64,000 nucleotides of DNA from Vulcanimicrobiota bacterium (GCA_050250895.1 JBFWNU010000002.1:224001-288000); one strand, 5' to 3'; positions 1-10,441 are shown, counted from the first letter of the stretch. Translations and numbers: made by a program. The notes: generated from the sequence alone by a model not told the origin.

Positions 1-74
1 CATCGCCCACCCACCCCGCCAGCATAGGGCAAAATTTAGGGGTGTTTTCAGGCCGGGGCGGTAGGCTCGCAGGC

Positions 75-1112
75 ATGAAGGTGCAGGGCTCTGTTCGGTT
101 ACCCTCGGGAGCGAGGGTCTGGGCAGAGGATAAAGGGACGATGGTTGGCAACGATCAGGGTCAGCAACGGCTCGACCGGGTCGACTTGAAGCTCGCGGAT
201 GGGCGGTCGTTCATCGTGGGCAAACGCCAGCAGATCGAGGTCCTCGGTCGCGGGCAACTGGCCATCGGCCAGCCGGGAGCCGCGCCCGAATACCACCTTA
301 TCAATGGCCGACTGCTCACCAGGATGGGAGAGCTGGCCATCGAGTTCGCGCCCACCCAGCACCAGACATTTCGAGGTTTTGACCGCGAGGTCGCCCCGCT
401 GGTGCCGGCTCCCTATTTGCCCGTCCACGCCGGAGAAGTGAGCTATGCTTCGACCGCGTCCAATTTGACTCGGCTGGCCGGCAAGGGCCTGGGATACATC
501 GGCATGGCCCGCTTCCCCCTGGCGGCCGCGGCGGGGGCGCTGACCTGGTATCAGACCGATTTCGTGCCGGGCCTGGTGGTTGCCGCTGGCACTGTCCTGG
601 CCGCCTCGGCCCTGACGCTGGCCGGTCAGACGATGGTCGAGCGAACGCCGGGAACCACCATCGAACTCAAGCTGCACGGACTGCCGGGCACGCTGGTTCG
701 GTCCGGCCACGGTCGCTGGGAACAGTGGACCGCCGCCGCGCCCTCGGCCGGCCATACCCGCAACATCGACAATCGCCTGCTCGAACTCGAGTTGAACCTG
801 GTCAACGGCGTGCGGCTGACGGGTCATCCGAACGGTGTGACCATTTCGGACGGCCGCCGGCAGGTCGAGGTTCCCGAAGGCCGGCTGGCTTTGCAAGACG
901 GCAAGCCCGTCATCACCGAAGACCTCTGGACTATTGGTTTTGCCAACGATGGTAAGCTCGAGGTGCCCAAAGAGGCACCCGAGAACCTGAAGTTCCCTAA
1001 CTCCTACAAAGTGCTCTCTCTGAATGCCTCCCGCCCGCCTGACGGGTCGCTGGAAGGAACAGAGGAGGAGGTTCTGGTCAACGAGTTCTCGGTGGCCATC
1101 CGACCCGATTGA
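75..1112 (+). CDS. Hypothetical membrane protein
   Basis: ORF with two central hydrophobic segments. Start placed at ATG 75, 7 nt after a TAGGCT -10-like box. Overlaps the next gene. Confidence 0.6.
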   Translation: MKVQGSVRLPSGARVWAEDKGTMVGNDQGQQRLDRVDLKLADGRSFIVGKRQQIEVLGRGQLAIGQPGAAPEYHLINGRLLTRMGELAIEFAPTQHQTFRGFDREVAPLVPAPYLPVHAGEVSYASTASNLTRLAGKGLGYIGMARFPLAAAAGALTWYQTDFVPGLVVAAGTVLAASALTLAGQTMVERTPGTTIELKLHGLPGTLVRSGHGRWEQWTAAAPSAGHTRNIDNRLLELELNLVNGVRLTGHPNGVTISDGRRQVEVPEGRLALQDGKPVITEDLWTIGFANDGKLEVPKEAPENLKFPNSYKVLSLNASRPPDGSLEGTEEEVLVNEFSVAIRPD

Positions 1113-2500
1113 TGAGCATCGTCCGATTTCCCCCCCTGGCCCTGCGGGCTGCCGTGGCCGCTCGACCCACGCCGAGTTTCAACGATGACGAGGGAGACCT
1201 CACTCTCGAGCGCCTGGCCAACAGTGCGCCGCCCACCATCTCGGCCAGCGCTCCCATCGCCCGAGCCGAACTGCCGTCGATGGGTGGGCGGGTCGAGTTT
1301 GACTCCAAAGCTTCGAAGCCCGGCTGGAGGACCCTGGCTATCGCCGGGGCGCTGCTGGGGCTGGCCACCGCCGGTCAACTGAGTGGACTGACGCCGGCCC
1401 CCGAGATTAGCCGAATGCTTGGCGACGAGTTGATCCACTCCTACGACGAGTTGGCCTCGGTGGGTCAGTTCGACCTGCGCGATCCCCTCGATGCCAACCA
1501 GGCCTTTCGCAAGATTCACTGGAGCGAGAGCTACTACAGCCGCGTCGGCTACACTCCCGAAGGATTTGAGCGAGTCCTACTGAGCGGTCACGAGCAGGTG
1601 CGTCAGGCGGCCGACTATCTCTTGCGCGCAAAGACCAGTCTGACTGCCGATCAGCTCGAGGTGGTGAAGCGGGTGGCTTCGACCCAGCCCGCCTGGTCCA
1701 AAGACGGCCTGGCGGCCGTGCTCGCCCTGCAAGCGAAACAGGCTATTCGTTATCAGCTCGACCAGACTGGTAACCAATACGTAGACTTGCGCAATTTCGA
1801 GGACTTCGAACTGGCCGACGCCCTCTTCCTCAACACGCCCAACGGGCGAGTCGATCCCGCCCTGGCCAGGGCCCTGGTGACCCTCCAGCGCGGTTCGTCG
1901 AGCACCTACTATAACGGTGCCTTCTATAATCTCCAGCGGATCGAGCGCGGTGAGGGCATGTATTACTCTTACCGCGGTGGGGCCTTCAACCTCGATTACG
2001 AGTTCCGTCCGAAGACCGCCGAGGAAGTGATCGACCTGGCGCGCCGGTTCGAACAGCAGGCCGAAGCGGACCGCTATCGCCCTTCACCCGAGCGGATCCA
2101 AAAGGTCATCGAGCCGCTTTTCGAGTCGACCAACTCGGTCTATCGAGCCACCTCGCAGCAGTTGGACGCTCTCGAGGGCGTGTCCGGATTGCCGGCCGAC
2201 AAGCTGCAGCAGGCCCGCCAGACGATGGATGAGCTCGAGGCCAAGCTCACCGAACTGCGCGGCCTGTTTGACCGGCAAGAAGAGGGGACCCAGACGCGCA
2301 TGCACGAGTTGATCCTGCAGTTGACCTCGACCAAGATTCCGGGTGAGAGCGAGTGGTGGAACCCCTGGAACGAAACCCGCAGTCGCTCGGCCGCCCGCAG
2401 TCTCCAAACCCTGGACCGGCTGTCCGAGAGCCTCAAGCGTCCCGAGGCTCCGGCAGGCTGGCGGCCGGCACCCGACTTGATCGAGTTCGGAGGGCGCTAG
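1109..2500 (+). CDS. Hypothetical protein with one TM segment and a helical C-terminus
   Basis: 463-aa ORF with hydrophobic stretch LAIAGALLGLATAG; no family recognised. Confidence 0.65.
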   Translation: MMSIVRFPPLALRAAVAARPTPSFNDDEGDLTLERLANSAPPTISASAPIARAELPSMGGRVEFDSKASKPGWRTLAIAGALLGLATAGQLSGLTPAPEISRMLGDELIHSYDELASVGQFDLRDPLDANQAFRKIHWSESYYSRVGYTPEGFERVLLSGHEQVRQAADYLLRAKTSLTADQLEVVKRVASTQPAWSKDGLAAVLALQAKQAIRYQLDQTGNQYVDLRNFEDFELADALFLNTPNGRVDPALARALVTLQRGSSSTYYNGAFYNLQRIERGEGMYYSYRGGAFNLDYEFRPKTAEEVIDLARRFEQQAEADRYRPSPERIQKVIEPLFESTNSVYRATSQQLDALEGVSGLPADKLQQARQTMDELEAKLTELRGLFDRQEEGTQTRMHELILQLTSTKIPGESEWWNPWNETRSRSAARSLQTLDRLSESLKRPEAPAGWRPAPDLIEFGGR

Positions 2501-2524
2501 TCGCCGCTGGGGGAATGCCCGGCC

Positions 2525-3916
2525 ATGGTCTTCGCCAGTGACGAGTTTCTGCTGTTCTTGCCGCTGGTGTTTATCCTCCACTGGCTGCTTCGCTCGGCTC
2601 GAGGCCAGAATCTCTGTCTGCTGTTCGCCAGCTATGTCTTCTACGGTTGGTGGGACTGGCGCTTTCTCGGACTGCTGCTGCTGAGCTCGGTGGGCGACTA
2701 CCTCATTGGTCGGCGACTGGTAACAACCGCCCAGGACCAGCGCAAACCCTGGCTGCTGGCCAGCCTGGCCCTCAACCTCGGCATCCTCGGGTTCTTCAAG
2801 TATTTCAACTTCTTCATCGACTCGGCCGCACGTTTACTGGGGGCGCTCCACCTTCAACCGAACCTGCCGCTGCTTTCCGTGGTGCTGCCGGTGGGGATCA
2901 GCTTCTATACCTTTCAGACCCTGAGCTACACCATCGACCTCTACTATCGCCGTTGCGAACCGGCCGAGAACCTGCTCGAGTTCTGCACCTTCGTAGCCTT
3001 CTTTCCCCAGTTGGTGGCCGGCCCCATCGAGCGGGCGCGCCATCTGCTGGGCCAGTTCCGCCAGCCCCGCACCTTCGACTACCATCAGGCCGCCGAGGGC
3101 TTTCGGTTGATGCTATGGGGCTTCTTCAAGAAGTTGGTGGTGGCCGACAATTGCGCGGTGGTGGTGGATCAGGTCTTCGCCGATTCGACTTTGCACGGGG
3201 GGCCACTGGTATTGGGCGTGGTGCTCTTCGCCTTTCAGATCTACGCGGATTTTTCTGGCTATTCGGATCTCGCCATCGGCACGGCCAGACTCTTTTCCAT
3301 CGACATCTGCACCAATTTCCGCAGTCCCTACCTGGCTCGCGACCTGCATGAGTTCTGGCAACGATGGCATATCAGCCTGTCCACCTGGTTCCGCGACTAT
3401 GTCTACATCCCCCTGGGAGGCAACCGCCAGAGCAAGAGCCGCAATCTGGTGCTGACCTTCTTGCTCAGCGGTCTCTGGCATGGCGCCAACTGGACCTTCG
3501 TGGCCTGGGGACTGCTCCACGGCCTGGCCTATTTGGCCTGGCCTGCCCGCGACCCCCAGAGGGCAGTCCAAGGGCGCGATCTGCCGGCCATCTTGGCCAC
3601 CTTCGCCTTCGTCAACCTGGCCTGGGTTTTCTTTCGCGCCGAGAGCCTGCCCGAGGCCTTGAGCTATCTGGCTCGCATCACCCTGGCCGGCGGGCAGTTC
3701 ACCCCGCTGCTTTCCGAGACGCTCAACTGCGCGCTGATCGGAGTGGTCATCCTGTGGCTTTGCGAATGGCTTACACGGCCTCGCACCTATCCGCTGGAAG
3801 GCCTGGACCGGTGCCATTTTACCGTGCGCTGGCTGGTCTATCTGGTGCTCATCAACGTCACCTATCTGGTCGGTAACCTGGGTTCTTCCTATGACTTCAT
3901 CTACTTCCAGTTTTAA
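2525..3916 (+). CDS. MBOAT family O-acyltransferase (AlgI/DltB-like)
   Basis: Motifs LPVGISFYTFQ, FFPQLVAGPIER, FWQRWHISLSTWFRDYVYIPLGGNR, SGLWHGANW and C-terminal FIYFQF. Confidence 0.95.
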   Translation: MVFASDEFLLFLPLVFILHWLLRSARGQNLCLLFASYVFYGWWDWRFLGLLLLSSVGDYLIGRRLVTTAQDQRKPWLLASLALNLGILGFFKYFNFFIDSAARLLGALHLQPNLPLLSVVLPVGISFYTFQTLSYTIDLYYRRCEPAENLLEFCTFVAFFPQLVAGPIERARHLLGQFRQPRTFDYHQAAEGFRLMLWGFFKKLVVADNCAVVVDQVFADSTLHGGPLVLGVVLFAFQIYADFSGYSDLAIGTARLFSIDICTNFRSPYLARDLHEFWQRWHISLSTWFRDYVYIPLGGNRQSKSRNLVLTFLLSGLWHGANWTFVAWGLLHGLAYLAWPARDPQRAVQGRDLPAILATFAFVNLAWVFFRAESLPEALSYLARITLAGGQFTPLLSETLNCALIGVVILWLCEWLTRPRTYPLEGLDRCHFTVRWLVYLVLINVTYLVGNLGSSYDFIYFQF

Positions 3917-4799
3917 GCCGGTTCTCTATCGCGGTCTGGTGCTGGCCCTTCTCTTCGGACTGGCCAACGGGCTGGCCTATGGGCCCGTGCGCCGGCTCGT
4001 CATCCTGCCGGTCGAAGGCCGCCAGCAGATGATGCAGCGTTTCAAGCCGCGTCGCATCGCGCTGGGCGATTCGCACTTTGCGGCCCTCAACCTCAGCGGC
4101 GAGGGGATGCTCAATCTCGCCCAGGCAGGCGATAGTTTTGCCGAGATGCGGGCTAAACTCAACTACTGTCTCGAGCAGGGCTTTCCCCTCGAGGCTGTGC
4201 TCTTGCAGGTCGACTACCACAGCTTTTCGGGAGGGCGTTCGATCCGCAACAACCTGCAGCAGGGCGTCCTCTACACCAATCCTGATTCCTATCACAAGAT
4301 CTACGGAGGAGGTCCTTTGGAGTATCTCAAGGCCACCCGGTTTTATCCGGTGGTTCCACTGGCCAACCCCGTCAATGCCCGGTTGACCCGCCGCTACTTC
4401 ATCAATAAGCTCGACCCCGAAGTGATCCCCGTCTGGGAAAGCGCTGCTCCCGAGGTGCGGCGTGAGTTTGCCGAAGCTCGCTTTCGGGTCAACTTCAGCC
4501 GACCTTTCGATCCCGCTCAAAAAGCGCAATTCCTGGGATTGGTGGAGGATTGTCGCCGGGCCAATCTGAGGGTGGTGGGGGCAACCTGCCCTTTAAGCCC
4601 CTATTATCGCCGGTTGGTCGAGGGTAGCGACGAGCTGGTTCTAGCTCGCCAGGCCATCGCCGAGAGCGGCCTGGAGGTCATCGACCTGATGGCCCGCTAC
4701 GACGACCCGGCCGCCTTCAACGATCCGGACCACCTGCTCGGCCGAGGCGAACCGGCCCGCGAGGTTCAGCAACTCTTGCTGCAAAGGCTCTCTCCCTAG
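3891..4799 (+). CDS. SGNH-like partner of the MBOAT (AlgJ/DltD-like acyl transfer protein)
   Basis: N-terminal anchor, GDS motif (LGDSH), DxxH (FNDPDHL); overlaps the MBOAT gene. Confidence 0.75.
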   Translation: MTSSTSSFKPVLYRGLVLALLFGLANGLAYGPVRRLVILPVEGRQQMMQRFKPRRIALGDSHFAALNLSGEGMLNLAQAGDSFAEMRAKLNYCLEQGFPLEAVLLQVDYHSFSGGRSIRNNLQQGVLYTNPDSYHKIYGGGPLEYLKATRFYPVVPLANPVNARLTRRYFINKLDPEVIPVWESAAPEVRREFAEARFRVNFSRPFDPAQKAQFLGLVEDCRRANLRVVGATCPLSPYYRRLVEGSDELVLARQAIAESGLEVIDLMARYDDPAAFNDPDHLLGRGEPAREVQQLLLQRLSP

Positions 4800-5626
4800 C
4801 CTTCGAGCTGGCGCAGTCGTTCTTCCAGACGGCGCCGTTGGCGTTCAGCGTCGGCCAGAGCGGCATCCCTGTCAGCCAGAGCCTCGTCCTTCGCGGCTAG
4901 GGCCTGTTCTTTAGCGGCCACGGTCGCTCCAAGTTCGGCCAGAGCTTCGTCCTTCTCGGCCAGAGCCTGATCCTTCTCCGCCAGAGCCTGCTCCTTCTCC
5001 GCCAGAGCCTGCTCCTTCTCCGCCAGAGCCTGTTCTTTGACGGCCACGGTCGCTCCAAGTGCAGCCGCTCGCTCGGTGGGAGTCGCCAATAAACTGCCGT
5101 TAGGCCCCATCAGGCGCAACTGGTCGTCCATGATTACCAACTCCAGGCCGAGAGTCTCCAAAACGAGCTTGCCGACCACCGGCACGTAGGTCTCGCCGGC
5201 CAGGCGCAACAGACGCAGGCGCGGTTCGAGATACTCCTGGCGAGGGTCAAACAGCACATACTCCTGCACGCCCATCGAGGCGTAGAGGCGGTGCTTTTTG
5301 CCCAGGTCTTCTTTGCGCGTCGAGGCCGAGGTGACCTCGAAGACCACATCGGGTGCTTTGCCTTCGCGCCAGAGCAGGTAGTGGTTGCGCACGCGCTTGT
5401 CGATGCCTTTGACCACCAGCACGTCGGGAGCGAGGTGCTTGCGTTTGTCGCCCTGCTGATAGAACAGCAAGATGTTGCCCGACACGTAGACCTGGGGGTC
5501 GTCGCCAAAGTGGTCGGAGAGGGTCTGGATCAGCAAAACCATCTGGTCGCGATGGAGGTCAGTCTCGGCCATCGGCTTGCCGTCGCTGGTCGGGTATTGG
5601 AGATCTTCTGGATGGATGTCTAGCAT
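4796..5626 (-). CDS. Uma2 (DUF820) family endonuclease-fold protein with coiled-coil tail
   Basis: YPTSDGKPMAETDLH, APDVLVV, PDVVFEVTSAST, GVQEYVLFDP; C-terminal EKEQALA heptads. Confidence 0.9.
   Translation of the reverse strand: MLDIHPEDLQYPTSDGKPMAETDLHRDQMVLLIQTLSDHFGDDPQVYVSGNILLFYQQGDKRKHLAPDVLVVKGIDKRVRNHYLLWREGKAPDVVFEVTSASTRKEDLGKKHRLYASMGVQEYVLFDPRQEYLEPRLRLLRLAGETYVPVVGKLVLETLGLELVIMDDQLRLMGPNGSLLATPTERAAALGATVAVKEQALAEKEQALAEKEQALAEKDQALAEKDEALAELGATVAAKEQALAAKDEALADRDAALADAERQRRRLEERLRQLEG
4855..5060. repeat. 21-bp tandem repeats encoding (A)EKEQAL heptads in the Uma2 tail
   Basis: ccagagcctgctccttctccg repeated with degenerate copies; block cggccacggtcgctccaag occurs twice. 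Confidence 0.85.
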
Positions 5627-5770
5627 CGCTCTTCCTCACTCTGGTTGGTCTCATCCTACCACAGTAGGGGCCGGATGGCGAAAGAGTCTGGCCTCAAAGG
5701 CGATCGAGTTGCAAACTCATGGACGGTCGAGTTTCGAACTGCCGCACGAGGGCGTGTTGGGCCTAAACGA

Positions 5771-7471
5771 TCACTCGATGGCGCCTTTGAGAGCCTCGTA
5801 GGCAGCCTGGATGTTCTTATGGCGCGAACTCGGCTCTTTGGCAATCATCTTTAACACGGCCGCGTCGAGTTCTTCCGAGAGGTTCGGCTTCCACTCGCGC
5901 ACCGATACGGGGGGTTCGTTGAGGTGCTTCATGACCAGTCCCATCGGGTCACCGTCGCTCTCGAAGGGCAGCCGCCCCGACAGCATTTCGTAGGCCATCA
6001 CGCCCAGCGAATACTGATCGGCATAGGGGGTTACCACTCCGCCCGTGAATTGCTCGGGCGGCATGTAGGCGAGCGTCCCCAGGGCGTCGCCGGTCTGGGT
6101 CACTTTGTGGTCGGAACGGTCGCCTTTGGCCAGACCCAGGTCCATGATCTTGATGAGGCCGTTCTTGGTGACCATGATGTTGGAGGGCTTGAGGTCGCGG
6201 TGGACGATGCCCTTCTTGTGCGAGTGGTTCAGGCCCTGACAGATGCCCTCCATATAGGTGAGGAACTCTTGGGGTTCGAGGGCCTTCTGTTCGTCGAGGA
6301 TGTCGCCCAGGGTCTGACCGTCGACCAGTTCCATCACCATGTAGAGAGCTCCGCCCTCCTGCCCCCAGTCGACCAGACGCACCACGTTGCGGTGGTCGAG
6401 TTCTTGGCAGACCTGCACCTCGCGGTCAAAGCGCCGGCGAAAGTCGGGGTCTTCGGTGTATTCCTGGTTCATCAGCTTGATGGCTACCGCCGCCTTCTCG
6501 GCCGCCTCAGGCCCATTGGCCAGTTCGCTTTCGGGGATGGCTTTGTAGACCACGGCCATACCACCCGCTCCCAGGCGCCCCACCAGACGATAGGCCCCCA
6601 GCACCTTGCCCAGGTTGGGGTCCTCGCCGGTGAATTTTGACTCGTAGCCGTCAATGACGGCCAGGCGGGTTCGCTCGCGCTCGCGCTGGCGGCGAGCCGG
6701 GATGGCCCAAAGGGGAATGGCCACAAGAACGCCGAGGATGATGGCGTCGAGGGTGAACATGAGTCCAGGCTTGTACTGGTGCCAGTACAGAAATTGTTGA
6801 AGTCGAGCCGCCGGTGAACCCTGCGGCACCAAGTTCACGGCGGCCTTCTTGTAGGAGTAGCGCTCGCCAGAATTGTCCTCTGCCTCGAGTTCGCTGGTCG
6901 AGCCCGTATTCACGTTGACCTCGAGGTGGCCAGGTTGGTATCCGGAGCGCTCGAAGCGTAACTTGAGCGGAAGAAAGGTTCCGTCCGCCTGCTGTAGGTC
7001 TAAGCGATCGACCAACAAAGGGTTTTTCGAGAAACCCAGATTGGCCGTGTCCCGCGTCTTGTCTGAGGAAAATTCCTCGCGGTAGATTCGGGAATCCTCC
7101 GGGAACAGGTCGAAAGTAAGGCTGATACGACGGGGAAGAAGAGAGCATTTGAACTCTGTTTTTCCCAGGTCGTCTCGGCGCCAGCCAGTCAGGTAGGCGG
7201 GAAGCAAGAATTCGCGTTCTCCCGGACCTGGACGAACGATCAGCGTATAACGCTCCGGGACCGTCTCGCTGGGGATGACGAGTTGTTGGTCGGTGGTGCC
7301 GATGCGTTGCTCGCGAGTAGAGCCCTCGGGCAGTAGCAACACTGTAGCCGGCTCTCTCGTTCCCGAGACCTCTACGTCGACCGAGACCTCCTCTGCCCCC
7401 GCAGACGAAGCGACACAAGCCAGGCAAAGAAGAATTACGAGTAGCTCACGGCGCATTGCGAAGCTGCACAA
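5771..7471 (-). CDS. Membrane Hanks-type Ser/Thr protein kinase
   Basis: Signal peptide, extracellular domain, TM, then LGAGGMAVVY, VAIK, HRDLKPSN, DLGLA, GTLAYMPPEQ. Confidence 0.95.
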   Translation of the reverse strand: MCSFAMRRELLVILLCLACVASSAGAEEVSVDVEVSGTREPATVLLLPEGSTREQRIGTTDQQLVIPSETVPERYTLIVRPGPGEREFLLPAYLTGWRRDDLGKTEFKCSLLPRRISLTFDLFPEDSRIYREEFSSDKTRDTANLGFSKNPLLVDRLDLQQADGTFLPLKLRFERSGYQPGHLEVNVNTGSTSELEAEDNSGERYSYKKAAVNLVPQGSPAARLQQFLYWHQYKPGLMFTLDAIILGVLVAIPLWAIPARRQRERERTRLAVIDGYESKFTGEDPNLGKVLGAYRLVGRLGAGGMAVVYKAIPESELANGPEAAEKAAVAIKLMNQEYTEDPDFRRRFDREVQVCQELDHRNVVRLVDWGQEGGALYMVMELVDGQTLGDILDEQKALEPQEFLTYMEGICQGLNHSHKKGIVHRDLKPSNIMVTKNGLIKIMDLGLAKGDRSDHKVTQTGDALGTLAYMPPEQFTGGVVTPYADQYSLGVMAYEMLSGRLPFESDGDPMGLVMKHLNEPPVSVREWKPNLSEELDAAVLKMIAKEPSSRHKNIQAAYEALKGAIE

Positions 7472-8099
7472 ATCGAGTCATCTCGACCGTAGCTTTGCGT
7501 GCCGTATGGGGGATTTCCTTTTCGAGAGTCAAGTCGATGCGGAGCAGCCCTTTGATCCCCGGGTCGGGATCGGCATCCTCCACGGAGAAAGAGGTAACAT
7601 CGCGGGCCAGGGTATGCTCGCTGCCCCCGGTTTGGATGGCGATACTCTGCAGGTCGCTGGGAGTGATGATGGCGGGGCGGGCGGACGTAAACGTCACAGG
7701 AACCGAGGGTGGGGTGGGCGGATAAGTCTCCCAGTGCAGTTCTTTACGGACATCGTCGTACCAATAGACCTGCATCTCGTCGTCCCAACTGGGAAAGCCG
7801 TCACTCCCGATCTTTTCGATTCGCACGATCCCGACCGTCACCGGCGAAGTCAGGGCCAAGGTCACGCCGGTGGCATTGGTTCGTTGGAGATCGGAGACCA
7901 GACGGTTAATTGCCAGGATGGCTCTCTGTTGGAGATCCACTTTCATGTTGCCCTCAGCCGAATAGCGCATCGCTGGGATGAGGAACTGGGTGATAAGCCC
8001 CAACAATAGTAGCGTGATGGTACCAGCTACCAGCACTTCAGGCAAGGAAAAACCCTTATCGGTGGAGGGCGCTGACCAGCGTTTCTTGGGTGACTGCAT
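7446..8099 (-). CDS. Prepilin-type (PilW/GspJ-like) minor pilin
   Basis: Class III signal KG|FSLPEVLV followed by a hydrophobic helix. Confidence 0.85.
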   Translation of the reverse strand: MQSPKKRWSAPSTDKGFSLPEVLVAGTITLLLLGLITQFLIPAMRYSAEGNMKVDLQQRAILAINRLVSDLQRTNATGVTLALTSPVTVGIVRIEKIGSDGFPSWDDEMQVYWYDDVRKELHWETYPPTPPSVPVTFTSARPAIITPSDLQSIAIQTGGSEHTLARDVTSFSVEDADPDPGIKGLLRIDLTLEKEIPHTARKATVEMTRFVQLRNAP

Positions 8100-8448
8100 A
8101 CTGCTGACCCTTAACCTCCCATTGGACTTGGACGCGAAGACCCATCGTAAAGTCGCTCCCCGGCGTCGTATCGGGGTCGAAGATCGTGACCGTCGGCGTA
8201 TAGGTTGTTCCGTCGTGGGTCTCGGCTGCGAAAGCCGGTCCAGGGCCCGGGGCTAGACTGTCGTAGTTCTCGGTTCGCATCCTCTCGAGCACCGACTGGG
8301 CTAGCAGGTTGGCCTGGATTCTTCCCTCACTGCGCTTCACCGCCACCATCGCGGCCGGGTAGAGATTCATGATCGCCAACACCACCAGCGAAATAAATAA
8401 CGCCGAAAAGATGGTTTCGACGAGTGTGAAAGCTCGCTTATTCACCAA
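8056..8448 (-). CDS. Prepilin-type (PilV/GspI-like) minor pilin
   Basis: KRA|FTLVETIF prepilin motif; 130 aa. Confidence 0.85.
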   Translation of the reverse strand: MVNKRAFTLVETIFSALFISLVVLAIMNLYPAAMVAVKRSEGRIQANLLAQSVLERMRTENYDSLAPGPGPAFAAETHDGTTYTPTVTIFDPDTTPGSDFTMGLRVQVQWEVKGQQYAVTQETLVSALHR

Positions 8449-10315
8449 CCCGTTGTTCTTTCCAATAGAGCACTCTCAGCTTTTCCGACAGGTTGAGGAA
8501 GTCACTCAGGCGCACCGAGAAGAGGGTGGTGGTGGTGGGACCCCCGCCACCACCACCGCCGCCCCCGCCACCGGGGTCGACTCCGGCGTCGCCACCACCG
8601 ACTCGAAAGTCCTTGTAGTCTTTCGTCAGGCCCTGTCCTGGGGCCCAGAATAGTTGTTTGGCGGCCATGTCTAACTGAAGGGATTCTCCGGGTGACGGTG
8701 GGTGACCAAGTTCGACCTCGAGCGCGGCACGGATCTGTGCTTCGGTGGTCAGGTTGGTATGGCTGGCGATGGTGATGGGGAATTGGGCCGCGCTGACACT
8801 GTAGGTGCCGACGCCTGCGGCCTCGAGGGTGCCCGCGCCGGTCACCGGGTCGGTGAGCACGAAGCGCACATGGGGATTGCCATAGCCAAAGGACAATTCG
8901 CCGCCAGTATAGAGAAAGTTGTTGGGGTCGAGCGGGGCCACAGGTGGACCGATGCTCCAGGTTGGATTTCCAAAGGTAGCCAAACTAATGGGCGGCTTGT
9001 TAGGAATAGCGTTGGGGTCGAAATAGGAGCCTGAGCCTGAGGTGCTGGTAACGGTGAAGTCGCTGAATTCTTCTACCTGGTAGAGATCCACGTTGGTGTA
9101 GCTCGACGACGTTGTGGCCGTCGAGACGGCTGTGCCAGATAGCGTGATGTTGCTAGCATTTACCGGTCCGTGGGAGTAGACCAGCCCTTCGAAACGTGCG
9201 GCGTTTTTGTTCGTACCCACCAGATCGATGCCCGTGCCCGAGAGCAAGGCAGCTCGGTTGTCGGAAGTTGCCGAGCTATTGCCGCTAATCCCGATATGTC
9301 CGGTAGCCACCACCGCGCCCTTCCCTTTGATGCCTCCATTGACGGTCAGGTTTCCCTGGACGTAGAGCACGCCGCCGTTGAGATCGAGGTCATTGGCGAT
9401 GGTAAGGTCACCGTCGGAACGAGTGACTCCGCTGAGGGTGAGCGAGGGTTGGGTCGGAGGATTGGTCATCGTGGTCACGTCGGGATCACTCGAGTTTGGC
9501 GCATAGCTCGTCAGGTCGATGTCGGGGAGGTCGACCTGATCTGCTCCCAAACGCGTCTCGCCTTCTACAATGGAGGCCCAGTCGGCGGGCGTCGCCACGG
9601 CCCCGTTCAAGCTCGCCCCGCCTCGAGATTGCAGGTCACCCTTGATGGAGATATTGCCGACGGTTGTCTTGAAATCGATCGAGGTGGTGGCGTCGGTTGC
9701 ATTGGTGGCCACGTTCCCCGGTAGCAGCTGATCGTCGGGGATGGGGTAGCCGCCGTCGAGGACGCTGGCATCAGCGACCTCGGCCACCAATAAACCGCCT
9801 TCGCTGTTGATGGGCCCGTTGGCAGCCAGTCCGTAAGGGAAGCGGGGTACATAGATGACCGCCTCCACCTTTCGTTCCACGCCGTTGCATCGACCGGCCG
9901 CCACCAGATGGACCGCCTCAGGCGGAACCTCTCGACCATCTCCGCTGGCTGAAGTGTCAGAGTCCAGATTATTGAACGAGTAATTGATTCCCAGGCCATC
10001 GGCTTCGGTCTCGTCGAAGCTGAGCACGCCTACCGCATCGGCTGGCGCATTGGGGAGGGTTACTTGCACCAGGGTGCCGGAGCCAGAAGGGGTTCCGAAG
10101 TCCTCGTCGAGGATGATCTCTTCGATCGCCTTGGCAATGGCTGAATCCGCAAGATTCGACGCATATTGAGCGTTGGTGAGGCGGGCGCTGACGTTTAGAT
10201 GATTAAAGCCCATGGCCACGACAGTGAAGCCTAGCGCCAACATCAGGGCGGCGATCATCATGGTGGTGGGCAAGCCAGACCCACGTTTTGCTTTCGACTT
10301 CGACGTTCCCGACAT
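8438..10315 (-). CDS. PilX/GspK-like large minor pilin with beta-rich C-terminal region
   Basis: KRG|SGLPTTMM hydrophobic N-terminus without E5, A..LADSAI motif, G/N/T-rich beta-helix-like repeats, poly-Gly linker. Confidence 0.75.
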   Translation of the reverse strand: MSGTSKSKAKRGSGLPTTMMIAALMLALGFTVVAMGFNHLNVSARLTNAQYASNLADSAIAKAIEEIILDEDFGTPSGSGTLVQVTLPNAPADAVGVLSFDETEADGLGINYSFNNLDSDTSASGDGREVPPEAVHLVAAGRCNGVERKVEAVIYVPRFPYGLAANGPINSEGGLLVAEVADASVLDGGYPIPDDQLLPGNVATNATDATTSIDFKTTVGNISIKGDLQSRGGASLNGAVATPADWASIVEGETRLGADQVDLPDIDLTSYAPNSSDPDVTTMTNPPTQPSLTLSGVTRSDGDLTIANDLDLNGGVLYVQGNLTVNGGIKGKGAVVATGHIGISGNSSATSDNRAALLSGTGIDLVGTNKNAARFEGLVYSHGPVNASNITLSGTAVSTATTSSSYTNVDLYQVEEFSDFTVTSTSGSGSYFDPNAIPNKPPISLATFGNPTWSIGPPVAPLDPNNFLYTGGELSFGYGNPHVRFVLTDPVTGAGTLEAAGVGTYSVSAAQFPITIASHTNLTTEAQIRAALEVELGHPPSPGESLQLDMAAKQLFWAPGQGLTKDYKDFRVGGGDAGVDPGGGGGGGGGGGPTTTTLFSVRLSDFLNLSEKLRVLYWKEQRVGE

Positions 10316-10441
10316 GCTATAGCCTCTCTTCTCGCTTGAGCACCCCGCCGCCTACTCTTTAGCGGTAGGCTGGCGCGGCTGTTCGGGGCACGCCACTCCC
10401 ATCCAACAGTCTATCAGAAAAAATGCTATGTTGCCAGGTTG

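Noticed and set aside
4855-5060. Possible CRISPR array
   Set aside because: Repeats are tandem, spacerless and in frame within a CDS; no cas genes are present.
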